A stretch of DNA of 64,000 nt from Podarcis cretensis (GCA_951804945.1 OX638163.1:37758001-37822000), one strand, 5' to 3'. Positions 25,822-38,733 are shown, counted from the first letter of the stretch. Program-made: numbers and translations. The notes: generated from the letters alone by a model not told the origin.

Positions 25822-26063
25822 CAGTGGTACCTTGTGTTACATACGCTTCAGGTTACATACGCTTCAGGTTACAGACTCCGCTAACCCAGAAATAGTGCTT
25901 CAGGTTAAGAAGTTTGCTTCAGGATGAGAACAGAAATTGTGCTCCGGTGGCATGGCAGCAGCAGGAGGCCCCATTAGCTAAAGTGGTGCTTCAGGTTAAG
26001 AACAATTTCAGGTTAAGTATGGACCTCCGGAACAAATTAAGTACTTAACTCAAGGTACCATTG
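25822..26063. mobile_element. Tc1/mariner (pogo/Tigger-like) MITE
   Basis: TA|cagtggtaccttgtgtta ... taactcaaggtaccattg|TA; internal repeated ttcaggtta motif. Confidence 0.9.
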
Positions 26064-28027
26064 TACTCTGAAAAATACAACTTTCTACAGATTGGGGGAG
26101 GAACCAAGGCAGGGTGTAGCATAGATTAATTTTCCCTTTCCCAGGTTTGAATTGTTTGCCACATGCAGGAAAGTGTTCTGTTTGGATGGTGGGGGTGGGG
26201 GGGGTAGGGGAAGGCAGCATACCTGCTCCCTTTTCCAATCTGAAATGGAGCAATATAAGTAAACCACAACATCCTGCTGTTGATAGATCCTAATTCTTCA
26301 GCTGTGCCTTGCACACTCCATGTTCCAAAATGGTGTCTCATTTATAGTACCAACCGTCCTTGACATTTTAAACCCACTGCAGATGTGTTTGGATTTACTT
26401 GCCTTCCACGAACCTTTGTTCCTCTACAAATCCCTGCCATTCTATTTTTCTTCTCTTCTCTTCTCTTCTCTCTCTCTCTTTTTAAAAACAACAACAGTAT
26501 AATTGTCCCAGAATAAATTCATGTTCATTAATGGTCACAGTGAAAACATTTCAAACAGGGAAATTGTCATGGTAATGGAGTGAAGGACACTCAGTTTCTC
26601 AGCTATGATATACTTCACGTAGCATTTGTTATCACCTTTATGTGTGCTTTATAGCAAGATTTATTGGACAAACACAACTGCTGTTTAACTTCTAAGTTTA
26701 AAGGGCAGACTCGTGGATACAATTGGATGATTGTTGATTACAAAAATGGAGTTTTATCATATTGTTATGGCAACCACAGCTCTCCTTGCTAACAACAACC
26801 AAAGCAAGGTTGAGATTTTAATAAATATGATCTCCATCTCCAATTCCCAGATTCCATCGCCAGAACTGTTATTTTATTTTTAATAAATGCTTGTTGATAT
26901 TAAAATACTTTCTCCATTGGTTCCTTATTATTTAAAGATGCTCATCAAACTACAATTAATTTTACAGTCATTGTCTTGCTTTGCTGGTGTTGTTTTATTT
27001 GTAGAGTTAATATTGGCCTTTGGTTCAGCTTCTGAGTTTTACCTTTAAATCCAGACCACATAGATATTTGTCCTTAACCCTTCTTCTGAATTAGGTCCTT
27101 TTTGCACAATGATCCATATGGAAGTTGCTTCCTTGGGCTTCTGCCCCAGGTATCCTCAGGCTCCATATGAATATTCTGGTTACCTTTGTGAGACTATTCA
27201 CATGGGTGTTTCCCATAGGATTAGTACCAGTACAGGCGGATTTGTTAGTGTGAATTGAGCACCTCTCCTGCAATGCTAGCAGGGCCCACTTGCCTGCATT
27301 CTTACTTGCATCCTATCCTCCTTGCCCTCCTTAGTCTTTAGTGGGCTGTGCCCTGATCCAAGGTGGTCACATCAGGAGCACTACTACCATGCAAATACAG
27401 TATGGTAAAATATTAACAAATGCATCCTAAAATGTCTCTTTGGGTTAAAATGGGGTATGGGGTCTAAAAAAGTTGAAGATACCTGGCCTTTGTAGAACTC
27501 AATGAAGTGGAAGATGGGGTCAAAGCTAGAATTAGTTGACTCAACCTGTTAGCTGCACCTGTTGGCTTCTATACCACCCATCTCATCAGTCACAATAGGC
27601 ACCAGCTAGCACTGGTATGCATTCTTGCTTCCCTGAGAATACAGATTGGATGGGAAAGTCCCAGTCAGGTCTCTCACATGGTTGTGGCTGCACTGTCGTT
27701 TAAGCACCCTTCACACATCCATGTACATATACATACCCTTAGTACCTAGAAGCAATTTCCCCATGGTTTAACTGTTTTAAATGGGCACTTAGCCCATAGT
27801 ACAGCAAGATTTGACTCTCCCAGAGAAGTACACCTGTATTTTGCAAAGATAAAGTATGCCAAAACAGTGTTTCTACTCCTCATGGTTCACATGTGAGGCT
27901 TGAGCATCAGGTGAGACAGACTGTTGGTCACCCAGGGGCGGGGGGAGCCTGAACCAGAGCAGGCAGCAATTGTACCTAGAATGGTCACCAGTGCATCAGG
28001 GGAGAGTAACATCAGTCAAACAGGTTT

Positions 28028-28181
28028 TCACAGAATCACAGAATCATTTAATTGTAGAATTAGTAGGGACTCAAAGGGTCATCTAGTCCAACTCCCTGCA
28101 ATGCAGGAATCCACAGCCATTCCTGGCTGGCCTTGAACCAACAACCTTCTGGTTAACAACCAGAAGCCCTGACCCATTATG
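28028..28181 (-). mobile_element. SINE with tRNA(Asn)-derived head and CR1-derived tail
   Basis: 28118-28181 resembles the reverse complement of vertebrate tRNA-Asn(GTT), including the anticodon arm (ggttaac). 28028-28112 is the CR1 3' end with (ATTCTGTG)-type repeats. Confidence 0.7.
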
Positions 28182-29246
28182 TTTTCATCTTCACAGATGT
28201 GCCTGGCCAGGTGCACCCATGGCTCCATCAACCACATCAAGATGTTGAATCAATTGTACTCTGAGGTGGCTCCAGACAGTTGCTGGAACAACACGCCAGT
28301 TCCTCTGTTTCTTGGTATGCCTTGAATCTTGGTTAGGTCTTGATTTGAAACAATCGCACAACGAGCTAGCCATAGTCCTCAGCTGATGTAATGGAGCTTG
28401 GGCCCTTACCTCGCTTGGGCAATACATCCCTTCAGATTCCACACTGGATCGGAAGAGTCCGTAGAATCTGTCTTGAAAGATGGCTTACCATTAGGGCTGT
28501 GCACAGCCTTCTGCTCTGCCCTATGGCCACCATATGGGGTACCTCAATCAGCCTGACCTACCCTGGGCCAACCCAGGGACAATTCATCCCACTCCATAAA
28601 TGGTCCCACATCAGTTTGGGGCAGGGCTATGTTTTATTACAGTTTTAATTAGGGCAAGGAGATGCTGCACCTTCTCCACACCCAAACAAGAAGGGGGGGG
28701 GGTTAAATTCTGTTTGGTGCTCCTTCTCAAGCTGTTTCTCTGCAGAGAATCCTGAATCAGGTGACAGTGAGCTCCTACCATCTCCCCAAAAGATACAGTC
28801 AGTGGTTAGGTAGATCTCAGCCTTTTTTGTGGGTTTTCCCATCCAATGCCTGCCTCTCCTTCCTGCCTGATGCCCTGACAGTCCTGGATCACTCTGGACC
28901 ATCTAACCTGACCTGCAACGATCCATGGCTGGCTCAACCAATGCCCTAATCCTTCCGAATTGGCTTGGGGCTCAGCCAGATCCAGTGCACAGCCATACCC
29001 CAGAATCAGGCCTAAAACTTGTACTCCTATTCATTTGATCTATTAGCATTGGCACTGTTTTGCCCAAGCCCTGAATATCAAGAGGGACTCCTCTAATGTG
29101 CAATATCTTATTTCCTGATTCTCCCCAAAGATACAACATTGAGAATAAATATCTTGCTATATTAAGTTTGCATAAAATACAGTTTCATTCTTAGTTGGGC
29201 ATCTGTTTTTCTTCAACCTTGAAATCTCATTCTATATTGTCTACCT

Positions 29247-29432
29247 CAGGGGTTGTCAACCTGGTCCCTACCGCTCATTAGCAGACATTTCAGGATTCTA
29301 GGTGGGCGGTAGGGGGTTGTATGGCACAAGCTGAATCCTCCTTCCATTGAGCACTGGTGGGCGGTAAGGAAATTTTACCATCAAGAAAGATGCATTAGTG
29401 GGCGGTAGGTATAAGAAGGTTGACTACCCCTG
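29247..29432. mobile_element. hAT-Charlie-type MITE, 186 bp
   Basis: 16-bp TIRs caggggttgtcaacct / aggttgactacccctg; 8-bp TSD gtctacct / gtctactc (NTCTAGAN-like target); three internal gtgggcggta repeats. Confidence 0.88.
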
Positions 29433-30642
29433 GTCTACTCCAACAAGAAGGAGCTCTTCATTATCTTAAGATGAGGTCCATTGCAGCCCGGCAGACTGAG
29501 ATTCTGTTACTGTCCATAACATTTCATCCTTTTCTGGTCCATGCCAGAGGTTTTTAACATGAATCAGGGACTGTTTTTTCCTCTCCCAGGAAACATGCAA
29601 TGTGAATTGGGAACTGCTTTTAGGAAACTTGAATTAGCTACATTTAAAAAGTTCTCTCGAACAGTCTCTGTCTCTGTCTCTCTCTGTGCCTTTCACCCTT
29701 TGTAGCTTTTTTTTTCTATTTCTTTGTTCTCTCCATTCCTGTCATTGCATGGCATTGTTCTCGCTGGAATTGTAAAGCCCAGGTTAAATATTGTCTGGTT
29801 TTCTTTCTCCTCACTGCAGGGGTGTTAAAAAAAAAAAAAGTCCCATCAAGTCATAATTTAAAAAAGCAATACATATGTAAAAGCTTCCCTGATTTCCACT
29901 GGGTTCCAATCACTCTTGAGATCTCAAGCATTTTATTTAAGATGGGGAGGGAAGCAGGGTGGGGTGGGGTGGGGGTGGAGAGAAGCAAAGGCTCCACAGG
30001 ATCTTTTGTGCAGGAAGAGGGCAGTAATATTTTCACAGCAGGGGGGGAAGGCCTGATAGATTTTGATAGTGCTGTATGAGAAGCAGTTACACATTATTTT
30101 TATATAATTGTATGGTATATTCCTTTGTGTGTAAAGTAAAATGTTGGCAGCATGCTGTGGCAGAAAAAAAATGACGACTCTCTCTTTTCCTATTTAATGC
30201 TTCATTAAAAGAAAAAGAAAAGAACTTAAGGGCATTTATTGTAGACTCAAGTTGGGTGTCTGTCTTTGACTGGATATAATTTATGCTTCTTTCAAAATGC
30301 ATTCTTTGCAAACAGCCTCCACAAATGGTAAACTAATTATTGAACAAACAGATCTACAGTGGATGGTCTGCTGCAGAAACATTAATCACTCTGTTCCGCA
30401 TCTCAGAAAAGCTATCCTGCCAGCAAGAAGACAATTGGGAGCTTTCTTCAATTCACTCTGAAATCTACCAATGAAATGAAATGAAATGAAACGTACACTA
30501 ATGCAATATCGTGCATTGTCCGCACATCCTAGACGGAAGGCATGAGACTAGTATGGTGGGCTACAGCCTAAAGGATCTGTTGTGGAATATATAGGTGGCT
30601 GTTCTGCAGCTCAAATGATGGTTTTAAAAGATTAGACAAACT

Positions 30643-30643
<1 letters not shown>

Positions 30644-30708
<65 letters not shown>
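30644..30708. repeat. Compound (TG)n(AG)n microsatellite
   Basis: Direct runs. Confidence 0.95.
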
Positions 30709-30710
<2 letters not shown>

Positions 30711-31907
30711 TGCATTTGGGTACTGGCTTTTTAACAAAGACTGTAAAGTGAAAGCAAAGTATATCAATTTAAGTCAACATAAGATATTTCACAAACCTAT
30801 TTGATAAGGAGGACAATTTTATAAAAACTTTCAGAATGTCTCCAATTATATGCATGGTTCAGCAATTTCTTGTGTTACATGACACCAATACATCTTAAAG
30901 GGACGGACTCCATTTCTCAATGAGCTGGGTGCCAGGACTTTATCTTACTCTATGTTAGCTTTATCAGATTCATAGAAGAAAAGGCCATCAATAGCTGCTA
31001 GCCATGATAACTATGTTCTACCTACTTGAAACCCTGAAGTGCCTCTGCTGGTCAACACTGCGCTAGATAGACCAATGGCCTTACACAAAGTGAAAGAGCT
31101 TCCGTCACTGCTATGTTCTAGCATATTTCTCAGCTCCCAGTTTCATAACTGCAAAAAGTCTCTCTCTTTAAAGTGGTACAGTTGTGCTAGGGTGACAATT
31201 TTAAGCCACTTTAATTGCATGAGCCCAGCATGCCCTTGAATTCCTTCTGCAAAAATAGTAACAGTTTGGAGGCACCCGGAGTTTTTAGACAGCTTACAAA
31301 ATCAAAACAAGAATAGTGTCTAAGCACTGGTTTGTTAAAACTCTTTATGGATTTAAAGGAGGGGGGAAACGCAAGTCAGTAGGGGCCAGTTTGGGATAAT
31401 GCAGGATTTTGTTTCTGTTGTTGGTCAATAAGCACAGCCCTCCATCTTGCAGGGTTATTCACTTTTTCTAGTATAACAATGCCTCTCTTCCTTTGTGTTG
31501 CTAATATCTGACTTGCCCAGTAGTTGGAATCACTCTGCGCACCCCCACTACCTCCTGCTATTTATAATCCACTCTACCAAGTTACTTGTCAATTATTATT
31601 TTTAATTTTTTTTGCCACTCCATGCTATGCCATTGATAGGCAGTTTATCTTTATGCTGCATTCTCGCAGCCCGCGGACCGTTGCTTTGAAGAGCATCTTA
31701 AAAGCGTCACTACTTAAAGATACTAGCCAGGGCTTCATCTCTAATCCTTCACATTTCTCCCCACCAGCTCGCTCACTTTCTCCTCTTAACTGTGCTCTCT
31801 CCTGGGCTGCATATATAAAACGTGGGATAAACCTTGCAGAGGTTTGAGATCTCATTTTCACCATTCTACTCAGAGCTATTGAAACATCGTTATACATATG
31901 GGAACAC

Positions 31908-32087
31908 AGAAAGCTCCCTTGTACTGAGTTACAACATTGGTCCATCTGCCCCAGTATTGTCTGTTCTGATTAGCAGGAGCTCTCTGGGATTTCAGACAGG
32001 GTTCCCTCCCAGGCTTTCCTAGATATGCTGGAGATTAAACCTGGAACCTTCTGCATGCAAAGCAGATGCTCTATCACTGATCTACAG
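31908..32087 (-). mobile_element. tRNA(Ala)-like SINE with CR1-like tail
   Basis: The minus strand reads cagtgatagagcatctgctttgcatgcagaaggttccaggtttaatc (TGC anticodon loop), then the family body and tail. Confidence 0.75.
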
Positions 32088-32968
32088 TTCAGTTACAGGA
32101 TGCCTTTTCCAAACACCTTTTCTGGATGCTTTTGCTGTATCAGAATAGGAGCCAGCTTAAGGTTATTTTGTTTGCTCAGGCTGAGTGACTCATGAGGTTG
32201 ATTATACAGCTGTTTTAGATTTTATCGGTAGGTAGTTTTATTGTTTTATCATTTGAAACTGAATTCTGTTTTTATTGGTTTGACTGAATTTGTAATGCCA
32301 TGTCATTCTAATGTTTTACTCTGTTTTCTTTGGAAGACATCTTGTAAAGGTTTTTCTTTTCTTTTAAATGAAAAGGCAGGGTACAAATTGTGTTTATTGG
32401 GTTAGTGGAAGTTAATGAACATGAATAACTTTGTGAAGTTCATGAATTTCAATGGTTCTACTCTAAGTAAAAAATTGCTTGCTACAATCTATTTCTATTA
32501 GCAATTCTGTCTGCTTTTCACCTTCCTAAGGTGGCTACCAAAACTCCAGCAATCAAACATGTCCTTCAAATAATAAAATAAGGATCACAACAATAATACA
32601 AACAGCATTAAAAAACACAGACCTTGAAAAGTCATTCAGTCCGTGGTGCATGACAACTTAAACAGAAACAGAGTGAAAAGCTATCTGATTGGTTACAGAA
32701 AGTTTGGGAAACTTGGGAAAGAAAAGTTTCAACTAATCAACAAGCAGGTTGTTTTTGTGTTTATCAACTACTGGAATTAAGGAGAAAAATATGGAAGCAA
32801 ATACTATCCCCAAGCAATTTATTTTCTTTAGTCGAATTTATTTTATTCCCATATTCTTGTAAGCATTCATTTTACTCCAAGAACAATGAAGAGAAGCTTT
32901 GGATTGAACATGGGCGAAGAAGGAGAGGAAGGAGGAAAGGGGAAAATAAACAAAAAAAAACCCAATTA

Positions 32969-33987
32969 CCAGGGTACCTCGGTTTTCAAACAGCTTAGTT
33001 CTCAAACTACTTGGAACCCGAACACTTCAAACCCAGAAATGAGTGCTTTTTTGGGGGAAGCCGAATGTGCTCCAATTAGAGTGCACACTTCCATTTTGAG
33101 CAAGTGCCTTGTCCCCAGCAGTGACTGCTGCCACTTCCTTCCCTTCCCTTTCCTCTGCTGGGAAGTGCCTCTTTCCTCAATACAAAGTGGAGTTGGGCGG
33201 ATCATCAGAATGTAAATGAGTCAGGAGTAGGGAGACTTCGAAGTTGGCGACTCTCCCCCAGCACGCAGAGAGGCAGTATCGGAGGGGGGGCATTGTGGTG
33301 GGGGAACTATGCTGGGCAGGTTGACCTTCCCTCCTTCCCCGCATCCCAAGCCCGACCACAAGCAACCCCAAGTGAGGTCCAGGCGAGGCAGTGTGGGCGG
33401 TGCATTCCCAAGCTGGGGATCAGGGCACTTGCACTGCACACAGGCTCCAGCCCTCCTCTCCATGCTCTGGTGCTGCTGCCTGTCCTGGTGCTGCCATGCC
33501 AGTTATGAGCAGGCAGGGGAGGGGGGAGAGAGGGAGAGGGAGAGGGAGAAAGGGTTGGCTTGGGCAGGGGGAGAGAACTTTTGCCTCCCTTTCCTTACCC
33601 CCCATTTAAACTCCCCCCTCCCGCATCCACTTAGCAACCTAGTTCCCCACACACACTCCTCGTCCCTCCAGTTTGAGTGTTTTTCCTCCCCCCCCTTAAA
33701 CTTCCCCCTCCCGCCTCACCCTTCCAATGGCAATGGGTAAATCACAGCCAGTTTTTGATACTGGGTAGTAGTTTACACCCCGGTTTATTACTTTCATTTT
33801 ATGGATCAATGGTCTCATTAGATAGTAAAATTCATGTTAAATTGCTGTTTTAGGGGTTCTTTTTAATTGGAATGGATTAATCCATTTTGCATTATTTTCT
33901 ATGGGAAAGCACACCTTGGTTTTGGAATGCTTTGGTTTTGGAACAGACTTCCAGAACGGATTAAGTTTGAGAACCAAGGTACTACTG
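32969..33987. mobile_element. Tc1/mariner (pogo/Tigger-like) non-autonomous element, ~1 kb, GC-rich interior
   Basis: Left TA|ccagggtacctcggttttcaaac; right gtttgagaaccaaggtactactg|TA; subterminal ggttttggaa repeats. Confidence 0.8.
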
Positions 33988-34829
33988 TAATTAACTGCTA
34001 AAAAAATGCATGGATGTGCATATATACTGTTTCAAATATTAATTTTGCACAGTTTGAAGCAACTGGATGCATAAAAACTGGCTCTTCTTGGAATGAAGCA
34101 TTGTACAGGCCCATTAGATTGTTCAAAACTTTACTTGCAGAACTTTATTCAAAACAGAACAAAAACATCAAAGATACATCCAAATAATTCCATACAATAT
34201 CTTGTTCAAGTCCATCACAGGTTCATCTTCTTAGAAATAAAAGACAATTCCACCTATCTATGCAAGCTCCATTTTGCTGTTTTCTTGGAGAGCTTTGTTT
34301 ATATGCTCACTCTCATAGAGCTTGGGAACAAAGACTGAAGGCAACTCCCTTTCAAAATGGAGATTTGCAACTCAATACCTTTGTCATGTGATCTAAAGTT
34401 AAACACTCATGTGTTAGCCAGCAGAAAACAACAATAGTTAATTATCAATCCATCAAGTTCAGAGATCAGATAGTATACTCCAGTGGAATGTTCCAGTGTT
34501 AAATCTTTCAGCAATACACACAGGCATTTTCCATTCCAGTGTCAATTAAACAATCCTACTTAACATAAACATATATACTCAGAGGCCAGTTTTGATATTG
34601 CAGTAATACTCAACCTTAAGATAAGAACTTGAGATAAAAAAGAATCATTACTGAAATGAAAGGAAATAGTAAATGAAGATGTAATACTGATTTAGGGAGA
34701 GTCCATCCAGAGGAGTCCATTCAAGAAACAGAAGCTCCAAGACTATTTACCTTTTCGTCTATGGCCCTTTTCAGGTGCTCAAGCCTGATGAAATTATTGG
34801 GACTGTGGAACTGAGGCTCCTGCCTTCTG

Positions 34830-34989
34830 TGGGAGAGACATTCAGTTTGCGTTTAAGGCCAAACTTACCAAATTCACACTTTCTAAAGCAATCTGACAAC
34901 CAAAACCCAGCCAATTGCCACTTCTCTTATTCTTTTCCGTACATTTATCCAGCCAATGCAACATGTACAAAAAACACTTATGTTAATGA

Positions 34990-35022
<33 letters not shown>

Positions 35023-35095
35023 AATTATATTAGAGGAATTTTATTTATTTTTTGTATAAAAAAGTATTTATGATAAATGCACACTAAAATGTGGA
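34830..35095 (+). mobile_element. Copy of abundant AT-rich repeat family, containing a (CAA)n run
   Basis: attcagtttgcgtttaaggccaaacttaccaaattcacactttcta is shared with other copies. Confidence 0.55.
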
Positions 35096-36138
35096 TCAAT
35101 TTCCATGGGGACTGTCAGAAACCATTGAGAGTCTTTTACAGTCATGACAGGCAATTCTGAGCTAATGGTCTTACACTGTATAAGGCAGTTTCCCATGATC
35201 CAAACTTTGTGTCTCTCTGGTGCACACAGCCTTGTTAACAGCTCTCTCAGGCTTTCATGCACTTGTCTTAGCTTCTTGTATACTAAAACCTGTCTTCTCC
35301 TCAACATTCTATGCATCAGTGGCTCTCCTTCAAAGCTGAAGACTGGTATTATCTGGAACTCTGCTGCCTTCTTGGCTGTGTGACAGTGCTGTTTAATTTC
35401 CAACTAAAGATATTCTCATCAGCCGAAGCCTCTTGTTCTGCGTATCTGTGTGGCATTCACATTAGAAATCATTTCGATGCTAGCAAACATGAGTAAAAAG
35501 AAGCCAATAGATTTTTATCCACCCGTGGAAACACCAGCTATCATGATTGCTCATCAGATCCACTCCCGTTTATGCATGACATGGGCTCATTTGAACCAGC
35601 AGGAAGAGAAATCCATAAACACTTAAGGAAGCTTACATGGCAGACAAATAATAACTATCTTCTTAACTATTGGGGGGATTGCTCCCCCTTTTGCGTGATA
35701 ACAGAGAACACAATGAGACTGAGCTGCTACTGGGAGATTGGCAGGGACCAGTTGATTCATGGTTCAGAACCACTGGTTCAGAGGAGGAGGACTTTGCCAT
35801 TCAGTCAATGTAGGCAGTCCCTGAAGCATTTTGGCTTCAAAGTATGCCCAGTATGGGTTGTATCTAATGCTAATCCTGCTCAAAGGTCCACAGAAAAATG
35901 GACCTGGGTAGGCCATATATGACTCATAGGTTGTAGATTATCCACCCCTGCCATAAGTACTCCCCTCATTCTCCATATATTTTTCTCTGGGATTTAGCAG
36001 GCTTTGGGAGAGCTGAGTGTGTTCTTCTGGGTCAGGTCAACCCAGGTTTAACACAATGACTGTGAGGAATGGGAAAAGACAAAGGATCTGTGAAGGTACC
36101 ATCTCCAAGACTTAAACTTCTCCCTCCCTATTTCTTCT

Positions 36139-36319
36139 AGAAGAAGAAGAGGAGGAAGAGGAGGAAGAGGAGGAGTTTGGATTTGATATCCCGCCTTTCA
36201 CTCCCCTTCAGGAGTCTCAAAGCGGCTAACAATCTCCTTCCCCTTCCTCTCCCACAACAAACACTCTGTGAGGTGAGTGAGGCTGAGAGACTTCAGAGAA
36301 GTGTGACTAGCCCAAGGTC
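36139..36319 (-). mobile_element. MIR/Ther1-derived CORE-SINE (Squam3-like), 5'-truncated
   Basis: cacaacaaacactctgtgaggtgag...gtgactagcccaaggtc is the MIR core in reverse; L2-like 3' part and (CTT/CCT)n tail. Confidence 0.75.
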
Positions 36320-36374
36320 TACAAGGTTGAACTAGAACAATGCTTATCTTTTTGTTTTCTCTGTTTTGTAAAGA

Positions 36375-36375
<1 letters not shown>

Positions 36376-36408
<33 letters not shown>
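36376..36408. repeat. (ATT)n microsatellite
   Basis: Direct run; probably the tail of an adjacent minus-strand L2 stub. Confidence 0.9.
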
Positions 36409-36410
<2 letters not shown>

Positions 36411-37292
36411 TAATTACATTTTTATACTGCCCTTCATCTCAAGTTCCTGAAGATGGAGCTCATTCGTTGTGCCCCAAGAAGAGTGGGGCATCAGGCAGGC
36501 GGATTGTTCTCTTCGTTTTCCTGGTTATAATGCTATCAGTTTCTAGTCCAGATTTTAACATTCACACTGCAGTATCTGTTAGCATTATGGAACTGCTTAC
36601 CCTCCACTGTGATAGGGGAGAAAACTTCTGGGGCTACAATTTCCCAGGTGAGTCACCTAACCCATTCAAGATTGCAGCCGTGAAAAAACCCCACATTTTC
36701 ACCAAAAAGGGGGGGGGAGTGTGTTTTAGGGCACTGTGTGAGATCCGGTCCCAAAAAAGCGCTTGTGGGGGAGGGGGCAAGTTCACATCCTGAAATTGTG
36801 CAAGAGCATGACACCCAAAATAGCTGCCATGCTCTCACATGAAAAAAAACCTGGATGTCCTGGGGGGGGGTTGGGGGTGGCAGCTGAGGGATATGGAACT
36901 GTGGCTTTTTCATTGATATAACACCATGTCACGCTATATTTTAAATGGCAGGAAAGAACTGTTCACCATGATACTGTCCCAGATTTACATTATTGAAAAT
37001 CCAATGCAGAAGTCCAGTGATTTTCTAGGTTATCAGGGTGGCAAATAGATTCTGCCACTTCCCACACCCCACCCCGAAAGCAAACACTAACATGGAAATG
37101 AGCACTAAACGTCTGATAGATTTCACTCGCTTTCCTGAAGTGGTTTTTGCTTTTGTCTGAAACCACATAAAATGTGGAAATTACATAAGGAAATGCAGGG
37201 GGAAATGGAATAAATTGCTCTCTAAATGCAGCCCAAGGTTGTCATTTTATTGCACTTTCACTATTAGCTTTTACATGTGTATGTTTCACCTT

Positions 37293-37311
37293 TGGTCACT
37301 AGGTGGCAATG
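37293..37311 (+). promoter_or_regulatory. Candidate CTCF binding site
   Basis: tggtcactaggtggcaatg is close to the CTCF core (CCACYAGRKGGCR) and lies in unique sequence. Confidence 0.4.
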
Positions 37312-38037
37312 TTCCAGATCAATGAGTTAAGAGTTATTTTGTCTGTTCCGTGTTTGGGACTGATCACTTGGAAAGATTTTTTTGTTATTATTTGAGAAAG
37401 AGAGAGGATTTTTTTTTAAAAAAATACTGTTTTCATCCATTGTTAACTGTTATGATCGCTAAAATGAATTTAATTCAGTAGCACACATTCCCAATTTGTC
37501 ACACATAATCATGGGATGTCACTGATCTGAGACAAAATAGCAGTGTCTAATTTATTTAATTATAAAAACCTGGTTTAAAACGTTCTTCTTTTCTCCGCTG
37601 GTTATTAAGGAGTTATTCACATCCAGTGTGCACCTCACAACTTGAAATATTACAATGAATAGAGTAAGCTGTCAGTGTGACTGACTCTCTCTGGGTTTTA
37701 AGGCCTCTTCTTTGACAATCACTCTTTCTCAACCCGGAAGGGCACCAATTTGCTATCTGGCTCATTACTTTTTTAAAAAAAGGGGGGCTGGGGAGAAGGA
37801 CACTGGCTATAAAACTAATTAGGCCATTAGAAACCTGTTATCTTGCCTGGGAGGATTTGATTTTAAAAGTGAACGTGTTTTCCCAGAAGACTGTAGCTGG
37901 TTTCCTCATATTTTTTTACATTGCAATCTTAGCCATGTCCACTATATAGAAGTAAGTCCCACTGAACTCAATGGAGTATGTTAGATTACGACTGCAGTCT
38001 TATTTCCCTTGTATCTGGTTCCATATTGCCAGTTCTT

Positions 38038-38384
38038 AAAGGTAAAGGGAGCCCTGACCATTAGGTCCAGTCGTGACCGACTCTGGGGTTGCGGCGCTCA
38101 TCTCGCTTTATTGGCTGAAGGAGCCAGTGTACAGCTTCCAGGTCATATGGCCAGCATGACTAAGCCGCTTCTGGCGAACCAGAGCAGCGCACGGAAACGC
38201 CGTTTACCTTCCCGCCGGAGCGGTACCTATTTATCTACTTGCACTTTGACATGCTTTTGAACTGCTAGGTGGGCAGGAGCAGGGACCGAGCAACGGGAGC
38301 TCACCCCATTGCGGGGATTCAAACCGCCGACCTCCTGATCGGCAAGTCCTAGGCTCTGTGGTTTAACCCACAGCGCCACCCGTC
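38038..38384 (-). mobile_element. Sauria SINE, near full length
   Basis: aaaggtaaagg tail at left and cacagcgccacccg head at right; CpG-rich. Confidence 0.93.
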
Positions 38385-38446
38385 ACACCATTCAAAAATG
38401 CAGACAAGCATACCCTCCAAATGTCCCAATTTCCAGGGACAGTTCT

Positions 38447-38733
38447 GGGGTGAACTCCCGTTGCTCTGTCCCAGCTTCTGCTAACCTAGCAGTTCGAAAG
38501 CAAACCTGTTCAAGTAGATAAATAGGTAGCGCTGCGGCAGGAAGGTAAACGGCATTTCCGTGTGCTCTGGTTTCTGTTGTACCTGAAGCAGTTTAGTGCT
38601 GCTGGCCACATGTCCAGGAAAGCTGTCTGTGGACAAACGCCGGCTCCCTAGGCCTGAAAAGAAAGATGAGTGCCACACCTCATAGTTGCTTTTGACTGGA
38701 CTTAACCATCCAGGGGTCCTTTACCTTTTTACC
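38447..38733 (+). mobile_element. Sauria SINE, 5'-truncated
   Basis: Sauria body and ggtcctttacctttttacc tail. Flanked on both sides by tgtccc-motif sequence of an older element. Confidence 0.9.

Noticed and set aside
31660-31685. REST/RE1-like site
   Set aside because: Needs a gap and several mismatches to fit the 21-bp consensus.
33177-33740. Overlapping ORFs and CpG-island-like composition
   Set aside because: Lies inside a TIR-bounded transposon, so not evidence of a host gene promoter or CDS.
34780-34815. Hammerhead ribozyme cores (CTGATGA/CTGAAGA) here and elsewhere
   Set aside because: None of those inspected is followed by a paired stem II and GAAA.
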